A DNA stretch of 64,000 nucleotides, from assembly GCF_009914755.1 (NCBI RefSeq), contig NC_060944.1. One strand, given 5' to 3'. Positions 55,701 to 64,000 of the stretch are shown piece after piece (positions within the stretch are counted from its first letter, which is position 1; every line of letters begins with the position of its first letter). The translations under genes were made by a program, and so were the position numbers. A model generated the notes under the pieces. It did not search any database. It was not told the DNA's origin and saw only the letters and a list, made by a program, of their open reading frames with translations. Source of the stretch: the human T2T-CHM13v2.0 reference genome, Homo sapiens.

Positions 55701-58700
55701 TTGGGATGTTTCAATTGAAGTCCCAGTGTTGAACATTCCCTTTCATAGAGCAGGTTTGAAACACTCTTTTTGTACTATCTGGAAGTGGACATTTGGAGCG
55801 CTTTCAGGTCTACGGTGAAAAAGGAGATATCTTCCAATAAAAACTAGATAGAAGCAATGTCAGAACTTTTTTCATGATGTATCTACTCAGCAAACAGAGT
55901 TGAACCTTTCTTTTGAGAGAGCAGTTTTGAAACACTCTTTTTGTGGAATATGCAAGTGGGTATTAGGCCAGCTTGGAGGATTTCGTTGGAAACGGGAATA
56001 CGTATAAAAAGCAGACAGCAGCATTGTCAGAAACTACTTTGTGATGTTTGCATTCAAGTCACAGAATTGAACACTCCCTTTCACAGAGCAGGTTTGAAAC
56101 ACTCTTTTTGTAGTGTCTGTAAGTGAACATTTGGATTGCTTTCAGGCCTAAGGTGAAAAAGGAAATATCTTCCCATAAAAACTAGACAGAAGCATTCTCA
56201 GAAACTTGTTTGTGATGTGTGCCCTCTACTGACAGAGTTGAACCTTTCTTTGCAAAGAGCAGTTTTGAAACACTCTTTTTGTAGAATCTGCAAGAGGATA
56301 TTTGGATAGCTTTGAGGATTTCTTGGGAAACGGGAATGTCTTCAGATAAACTCTAGACAGAAGCATTCTCAGAAACTTCTTTGGGATGTTTCAATTGAAG
56401 TCACAGTGTTGAACATTCCCTTTCACAGAGCAGGTTTGAAACACTCTTTTTGTAGTGTCTATAAGTGAACATTTGGCGTGCTTTCAGGCCTAACGTGAAA
56501 AAGGAAATATCTTCCCATAAAAACTAGACAGAAGCATTCTCAGAAACTTGTTCTTGATGTGTCCCCTCTACTGACAGAGTTGAACCTTTCTTTGCAAAGA
56601 GCAGCTTTGAAACACTCTTTTTGTAGAATCTGCAAGAGGATATTTGGATAGCTTGGAGGATTTCGTTGGAAACGGGTATGTCTTCAGATAAACTCTAGAC
56701 AGAAGCATTCTCAGAAACTTCTTTGGGATGTTGCATTCAAGTCACAGAGTAGAACATTCCCATTCATAGAGCAGATTTGAAACACTCTTTTTGTAGTATC
56801 TGGAAGTGGACATTTGGAGCGCTTTCAGGCCTATGTTGAAAAAGGAAATATCTTCCCATAAAAACTAGACGGAAGCATTCTCAGAAACTTATTTGTGATG
56901 TGTTTGCTCAACTAACAGGATTGAACCATCGTTTTGAAGGAGCAGTTTTGAAACACTGTTTTCGTGGAATCTGCAAGTGGATATTTGGCTAGCTTTGAGG
57001 ATTTCGTTGGAAACGGGATTACATATAAAAAGGAGACAGCAGCATTCTCAGAAACTTCTTTGTGATGTCTGCATTCATTTCACAGAGTTGAGCATTCCCT
57101 TTCATAGAGCAGGTTGGAAACACTCTTTTTGTAGTATCTGGATGAGGACATTTGGAGCGCTTTCAGGCGTATGGTGAAAAAGGAAATATCTTCCCGTAAA
57201 AACTAGACAGAAGCATTCTCAGAAGTTTATTTGTGATGTGTGCCCTCAACTAACAGAGTTGAACCTTTCTTTTGATAGAGCAGTTTTGAAACACTCTTTT
57301 TGTAAAATCTGCAAGAGGATATTTGGATAGCTTTGAGGATTTCGTTGCAAACGGGAATGGCTTCATATAAACTCTAGACAGAAGCATTCTCAGAAACTTC
57401 GTTGGGATGTTTCGATTGAAGTCCCAGTGTTGAACATTCCCTTTTATAGAGCAGGTTGGAAACACTCTTTCTGCATTCCCTGGAAGTGGACATTTGGAGC
57501 GCTTTCAGGACGACGGTGAAAATGGAAATATCTTCCAAGAAAATCTAGATAGAAGCAACGTCAGAAACTTTTATGTGATGGATCTACTCAGCTAACAGAG
57601 TTGAACCTTTCTTTTGAGAGAGCAGTTTTGCAACACTCTTTTTGTGGAATATGCAAGTGGATATTAGGGCAGCTTTGAGGATTTCGTTGGAAACGGGAAT
57701 ACATGTAAAAAGCAGACAGCAGCATTCTCAGAAACTTCTTTGTGATGTTTGCATTGAAGTCACAGAGTTGAACATTCCCTTTGAGAGAGCAGGTTTGAAA
57801 CACGCCTTTTGTCATATCTGGAAGTGTCCATTCGGAGCGCATTCAGGCTTGTGTTGAAAAAGGAAATATCCTCCCATAAAAACTAGACAGAAGCATTCTC
57901 AGAAACTTATCTGTGATGTATGTACTCAACTAACAGAACTAAACCATCGTTTTGAAGGAGCAGTTTTGAAACACTCTTTTTGCGGAATCTGCAAGTGGAT
58001 ATTTGGCTAGCTGGGAGGATTTCGTTGGAAACGGGATTACATACAAAAAGCAGACAGCAGCATTCTCAGAAACTTCTTTGTGATGTTTGCATTCAAGTCA
58101 CAGAGTTGAACATTCCCTTTCATAGAGCAGGTTTGAAACACTCTTTTTGTAGTATCTGGATGTGGACATTTGGATCGCTTTCAGGCCTATGGTGAAAAAG
58201 GAAATATCTTCCCATGAAAACTAGACAGAAGCATTCTCAGAAACTTATTTGTGATGTGTGCCCTCAACTGACAGTGTTGAACCTTTGTTTTGATAGAGCA
58301 GTTCTGAAACACACTTTTTGTAAAATCTGCAAGAGGATATTTGGATAGCTTTGAGGATTTCGTTGGAAACGGGAATGTCTTCATGTAAACTCTAGACAGA
58401 AGCATTCTCAGAAACTGCTTTGGGATGTTTCAATTGAAGTCCCAGTGTTGAACATTCCCTTTCATAGAGCAGGTTTGAAACACTCTTTTTGTACTATCTG
58501 GAAGTGGACATTTGGAGCGCTTTCAGGTCTACGGTGAAAAAGGAGATATCTTCCAATAAAAACTAGATAGAAGCAATGTCAGAACTTTTTTCATGATGTA
58601 TCTACTCAGCAAACAGAGTTGAACCTTTCTTTTGAGAGAGCAGTTTTGAAACACTCTTTTTGTGGAATATGCAAGTGGGTATTAGGCCAGCTTGGAGGAT

Positions 58701-61630
58701 TTCGTTGGAAACGGGAATACGTATAAAAAGCAGACAGCAGCATTGTCAGAAACTACTTTGTGATGTTTGCATTCAAGTCACAGAATTGAACACTCCCTTT
58801 CACAGAGCAGGTTTGAAACACTCTTTTTGTAGTGTCTGTAAGTGAACATTTGGATTGCTTTCAGGCCTAAGGTGAAAAAGGAAATATCTTCCCATAAAAA
58901 CTAGACAGAAGCATTCTCAGAAACTTGTTTGTGATGTGTGCCCTCTGCTGACAGAGTTGAACCTTTCTTTGCAAAGAGCAGTTTTGAAACACTCTTTTTG
59001 TAGAATCTGCAAGAGGATATTTGGATAGCTTTGAGGATTTCTTGGGAAACGGGAATGTCTTCAGATAAACTCTAGACAGAAGCATTCTCAGAAACTTCTT
59101 TGGGATGTTTCAATTGAAGTCACAGTGTTGAACATTCCCTTTCACAGAGCAGGTTTGAAACACTCTTTTTGTAGTGTCTATAAGTGAACATTTGGCGTGC
59201 TTTCAGGCCTAACGTGAAAAAGGAAATATCTTCCCATAAAAACTAGACAGAAGCATTCTCAGAAACTTGTTCTTGATGTGTCCCCTCTACTGACAGAGTT
59301 GAACCTTTCTTTGCAAAGAGCAGCTTTGAAACACTCTTTTTGTAGAATCTGCAAGAGGATATTTGGATAGCTTGGAGGATTTCGTTGGAAACGGGTATGT
59401 CTTCAGATAAACTCTAGACAGAAGCATTCTCAGAAACTTCTTTGGGATGTTGCATTCAAGTCACAGAGTAGAACATTCCCATTCATAGAGCAGATTTGAA
59501 ACACTCTTTTTGTAGTATCTGGAAGTGGACATTTGGAGCGCTTTCAGGCCTATGTTGAAAAAGGAAATATCTTCCCATAAAAACTAGACGGAAGCATTCT
59601 CAGAAACTTATTTGTGATGTGTTTGCTCAACTAACAGGATTGAACCATCGTTTTGAAGGAGCAGTTTTGAAACACTGTTTTCGTGGAATCTGCAAGTGGA
59701 TATTTGGCTAGCTTTGAGGATTTCGTTGGAAACGGGATTACATATAAAAAGGAGACAGCAGCATTCTCAGAAACTTCTTTGTGATGTCTGCATTCAATTC
59801 ACAGAGTTGAGCATTCCCTTTCATAGAGCAGGTTGGAAACACTCTTTTTGTAGTATCTGGATGAGGACATTTGGAGCGCTTTCAGGCGTATGGTGAAAAA
59901 GGAAATATCTTCCCGTAAAAACTAGACAGAAGCATTCTCAGAAGTTTATTTGTGATGTGTGCCCTCAACTAACAGAGTTGAACCTTTCTTTTGATAGAGC
60001 AGTTTTGAAACACTCTTTTTGTAAAATCTGCAAGAGGATATTTGGATAGCTTTGAGGATTTCGTTGCAAACGGGAATGGCTTCATATAAACTCTAGACAG
60101 AAGCATTCTCAGAAACTTCGTTGGGATGTTTCGATTGAAGTCCCAGTGTTGAACATTCCCTTTTATAGAGCAGGTTGGAAACACTCTTTCTGCATTCCCT
60201 GGAAGTGGACATTTGGAGCGCTTTCAGGACGACGGTGAAAATGGAAATATCTTCCAAGAAAATCTAGATAGAAGCAACGTCAGAAACTTTTATGTGATGG
60301 ATCTACTCAGCTAACAGAGTTGAACCTTTCTTTTGAGAGAGCAGTTTTGCAACACTCTTTTTGTGGAATATGCAAGTGGATATTAGGGCAGCTTTGAGGA
60401 TTTCGTTGGAAACGGGAATACATGTAAAAAGCAGACAGCAGCATTCTCAGAAACTTCTTTGTGATGTTTGCATTGAAGTCACAGAGTTGAACATTCCCTT
60501 TGAGAGAGCAGGTTTGAAACACGCCTTTTGTCATATCTGGAAGTGTCCATTCGGAGCGCATTCAGGCTTGTGTTGAAAAAGGAAATATCCTCCCATAAAA
60601 ACTAGACAGAAGCATTCTCAGAAACTTATCTGTGATGTATGTACTCAACTAACAGAACTAAACCATCGTTTTGAAGGAGCAGTTTTGAAACACTCTTTTT
60701 GCGGAATCTGCAAGTGGATATTTGGCTAGCTGGGAGGATTTCGTTGGAAACGGGAGTACATACAAAAAGCAGACAGCAGCATTCTCAGAAACTTCTTTGT
60801 GATGTTTGCATTCAAGTCACAGAGTTGAACATTCCCTTTCATAGAGCAGGTTTGAAACACTCTTTTTGTAGTATCTGGATGTGGACATTTGGATCGCTTT
60901 CAGGCCTATGGTGAAAAAGGAAATATCTTCCCATGAAAACTAGACAGAAGCATTCTCAGAAACTTATTTGTGATGTGTGCCCTCAACTGACAGTGTTGAA
61001 CCTTTGTTTTGATAGAGCAGTTCTGAAACACACTTTTTGTAAAATCTGCAAGAGGATATTTGGATAGCTTTGAGGATTTCGTTGGAAACGGGAATGTCTT
61101 CATGTAAACTCTAGACAGAAGCATTCTCAGAAACTGCTTTGGGATGTTTCAATTGAAGTCCCAGTGTTGAACATTCCCTTTCATAGAGCAGGTTTGAAAC
61201 ACTCTTTTTGTACTATCTGGAAGTGGACATTTGGAGCGCTTTCAGGTCTACGGTGAAAAAGGAGATATCTTCCAATAAAAACTAGATAGAAGCAATGTCA
61301 GAACTTTTTTCATGATGTATCTACTCAGCAAACAGAGTTGAACCTTTCTTTTGAGAGAGCAGTTTTGAAACACTCTTTTTGTGGAATATGCAAGTGGGTA
61401 TTAGGCCAGCTTGGAGGATTTCGTTGGAAACGGGAATACGTATAAAAAGCAGAGAGCAGCATTGTCAGAAACTACTTTGTGATGTTTGCATTCAAGTCAC
61501 AGAATTGAACACTCCCTTTCACAGAGCAGGTTTGAAACACTCTTTTTGTAGTGTCTGTAAGTGAACATTTGGATTGCTTTCAGGCCTAAGGTGAAAAAGG
61601 AAATATCTTCCCATAAAAACTAGACAGAAG
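31722..61630 (+). repeat. Eleven tandem canonical 16-mer HORs
   Basis: Unit starts at 31722, 34441, 37160, 39879, 42598, 45317, 48036, 50755, 53474, 56193 and 58912, with a constant period. Confidence 0.95.
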
Positions 61631-64000
61631 CATTCTCAGAAACTTGTTTGTGATGTGTGCCCTCTGCTGACAGAGTTGAACCTTTCTTTGCAAAGAGCAG
61701 TTTTGAAACACTCTTTTTGTAGAATCTGCAAGAGGATATTTGGATAGCTTTGAGGATTTCTTGGGAAACGGGAATGTCTTCAGATAAACTCTAGACAGAA
61801 GCATTCTCAGAAACTTCTTTGGGATGTTTCAATTGAAGTCACAGTGTTGAACATTCCCTTTCACAGAGCAGGTTTGAAACACTCTTTTTGTAGTGTCTAT
61901 AAGTGAACATTTGGCGTGCTTTCAGGCCTAACGTGAAAAAGGAAATATCTTCCCATAAAAACTAGACAGAAGCATTCTCAGAAACTTGTTCTTGATGTGT
62001 CCCCTCTACTGACAGAGTTGAACCTTTCTTTGCAAAGAGCAGCTTTGAAACACTCTTTTTGTAGAATCTGCAAGAGGATATTTGGATAGCTTGGAGGATT
62101 TCGTTGGAAACGGGTATGTCTTCAGATAAACTCTAGACAGAAGCATTCTCAGAAACTTCTTTGGGATGTTGCATTCAAGTCACAGAGTAGAACATTCCCA
62201 TTCATAGAGCAGATTTGAAACACTCTTTTTGTAGTATCTGGAAGTGGACATTTGGAGCGCTTTCAGGCCTATGTTGAAAAAGGAAATATCTTCCCATAAA
62301 AACTAGACGGAAGCATTCTCAGAAACTTATTTGTGATGTGTTTGCTCAACTAACAGGATTGAACCATCGTTTTGAAGGAGCAGTTTTGAAACACTGTTTT
62401 CGTGGAATCTGCAAGTGGATATTTGGCTAGCTTTGAGGATTTCGTTGGAAACGGGATTACATATAAAAAGGAGACAGCAGCATTCTCAGAAACTTCTTTG
62501 TGATGTCTGCATTCAATTCACAGAGTTGAGCATTCCCTTTCATAGAGCAGGTTGGAAACACTCTTTTTGTAGTATCTGGATGAGGACATTTGGAGCGCTT
62601 TCAGGCGTATGGTGAAAAAGGAAATATCTTCCCGTAAAAACTAGACAGAAGCATTCTCAGAAGTTTATTTGTGATGTGTGCCCTCAACTAACAGAGTTGA
62701 ACCTTTCTTTTGATAGAGCAGTTTTGAAACACTCTTTTTGTAAAATCTGCAAGAGGATATTTGGATAGCTTTGAGGATTTCGTTGCAAACGGGAATGCCT
62801 TCATATAAACTCTAGACAGAAGCATTCTCAGAAACTTCGTTGGGATGTTTCGATTGAAGTCCCAGTGTTGAACATTCCCTTTTATAGAGCAGGTTGGAAA
62901 CACTCTTTCTGCATTCCCTGGAAGTGGACATTTGGAGCGCTTTCAGGACGACGGTGAAAATGGAAATATCTTCCAAGAAAATCTAGATAGAAGCAACGTC
63001 AGAAACTTTTATGTGATGGATCTACTCAGCTAACAGAGTTGAACCTTTCTTTTGAGAGAGCAGTTTTGCAACACTCTTTTTGTGGAATATGCAAGTGGAT
63101 ATTAGGGCAGCTTTGAGGATTTCGTTGGAAACGGGAATACATGTAAAAAGCAGACAGCAGCATTCTCAGAAACTTCTTTGTGATGTTTGCATTGAAGTCA
63201 CAGAGTTGAACATTCCCTTTGAGAGAGCAGGTTTGAAACACGCCTTTTGTCATATCTGGAAGTGTCCATTCGGAGCGCATTCAGGCTTGTGTTGAAAAAG
63301 GAAATATCCTCCCATAAAAACTAGACAGAAGCATTCTCAGAAACTTATCTGTGATGTATGTACTCAACTAACAGAACTAAACCATCGTTTTGAAGGAGCA
63401 GTTTTGAAACACTCTTTTTGCGGAATCTGCAAGTGGATATTTGGCTAGCTGGGAGGATTTCGTTGGAAACGGGAGTACATACAAAAAGCAGACAGCAGCA
63501 TTCTCAGAAACTTCTTTGTGATGTTTGCATTCAAGTCACAGAGTTGAACATTCCCTTTCATAGAGCAGGTTTGAAACACTCTTTTTGTAGTATCTGGATG
63601 TGGACATTTGGATCGCTTTCAGGCCTATGGTGAAAAAGGAAATATCTTCCCATGAAAACTAGACAGAAGCATTCTCAGAAACTTATTTGTGATGTGTGCC
63701 CTCAACTGACAGTGTTGAACCTTTGTTTTGATAGAGCAGTTCTGAAACACACTTTTTGTAAAATCTGCAAGAGGATATTTGGATAGCTTTGAGGATTTCG
63801 TTGGAAACGGGAATGTCTTCATGTAAACTCTGGACAGAAGCATTCTCAGAAACTGCTTTGGGATGTTTCAATTGAAGTCCCAGTGTTGAACATTCCCTTT
63901 CATAGAGCAGGTTTGAAACACTCTTTTTGTACTATCTGGAAGTGGACATTTGGAGCGCTTTCAGGTCTACGGTGAAAAAGGAGATATCTTCCAATAAAAA
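61631..64000 (+). repeat. Partial HOR (M1 to ~M14) cut by the window end
   Basis: Same monomer order continues in register to the last base. Confidence 0.93.

Larger units (their letters stand above)
1..64000 (+). repeat. Alpha-satellite (alphoid) centromeric higher-order repeat array, single orientation
   Basis: Continuous ~171-bp monomers with alphoid hallmarks (CATTCTCAGAAACTT, GAAACACTCTTTTTGTAG, TTTCGTTGGAAACGGGA, GGAAATATCTTCCCATAAAAACTAGACAGAAG). The ORF track repeats with a 2719-bp period (1237, 3956, 6675; 12455, 15174, ...). Confidence 0.99.
1..64000 (+). repeat. Probable human chromosome 20 active centromeric array D20Z2 (S2C20H1L, suprachromosomal family 2, 16-mer)
   Basis: Strict A/B dimer alternation, SF2 (D1/D2)-like monomers and a 16-monomer 2.7-kb HOR. 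The other well-known 2.7-kb 16-mer, D17Z1, is pentameric SF3 and does not fit strict alternation. The assignment is from recalled knowledge and was not checked by alignment. Confidence 0.75.

Noticed and set aside
58867-61804. New 72-aa minus-strand ORF present in only two HORs
   Set aside because: It arises from one A>G SNV (58947, 61666) that removes a stop codon in repeat sequence.
161-62798. Singleton SNVs (161, 4159, 8358, 8727, 33748, 45062, 46293, 49058, 57078, 62798)
   Set aside because: These are isolated substitutions with no pattern. They could be ordinary mutations or consensus errors and are useful only as mapping markers.
1237-63871. Recurring 61-84 aa ORFs on both strands (e.g. 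MDIWLALRISLETG..., MLLSRVYMK...)
   Set aside because: These are chance translations of alphoid monomers. They are short, often start at GTG/TTG, overlap on opposite strands, and appear or vanish with single SNVs. There is no evidence of coding function.
1-64000. CRISPR-like repeat-spacer reading of the conserved GACAGAAGCATTCTCAGAAACTT motif
   Set aside because: The intervening sequences are homologous ~150-bp monomer bodies rather than unique spacers, and there are no cas genes.
1-64000. Assignment to D17Z1 (also a ~2.7-kb 16-mer)
   Set aside because: D17Z1 is pentameric SF3. This array shows strict dimeric A/B alternation.
1-64000. Inversion, L1/Alu insertion or hidden non-satellite insert
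   Set aside because: All period changes are explained by whole-monomer multiples (+342, +342, +1018), ORF strands never flip, and I saw no poly-A tail or foreign sequence.

Overview
The whole 64 kb window is primate (very probably human) centromeric alpha-satellite DNA in one uninterrupted, single-orientation array. It has no genes, transposons or unique sequence that I could see. Monomers of 167-171 bp alternate between CENP-B-box (B) and pJ-alpha-box (A) types and form a homogeneous 16-monomer higher-order repeat (HOR) of 2719 bp. The dimeric SF2-like monomers and 16-mer period best fit the active chromosome 20 array (D20Z2 / S2C20H1L); this is from recall, not a search. My own monomer numbering starts at the CATTCTCAGA at 3172 (M1). 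I count 19 canonical 16-mers, two 18-mers (+342 bp, 111-3171 and 8610-11670), one 22-monomer unit (+1018 bp, 27985-31721) and a partial unit at the end. All listed ORFs are artefacts of the repeat. I found no new biological system. The points worth a second look concern array evolution: a 2+2+6+6 substructure that matches the sizes of the structural variants, mappable chimeric junctions, local SNV haplotype blocks and CENP-B box losses.
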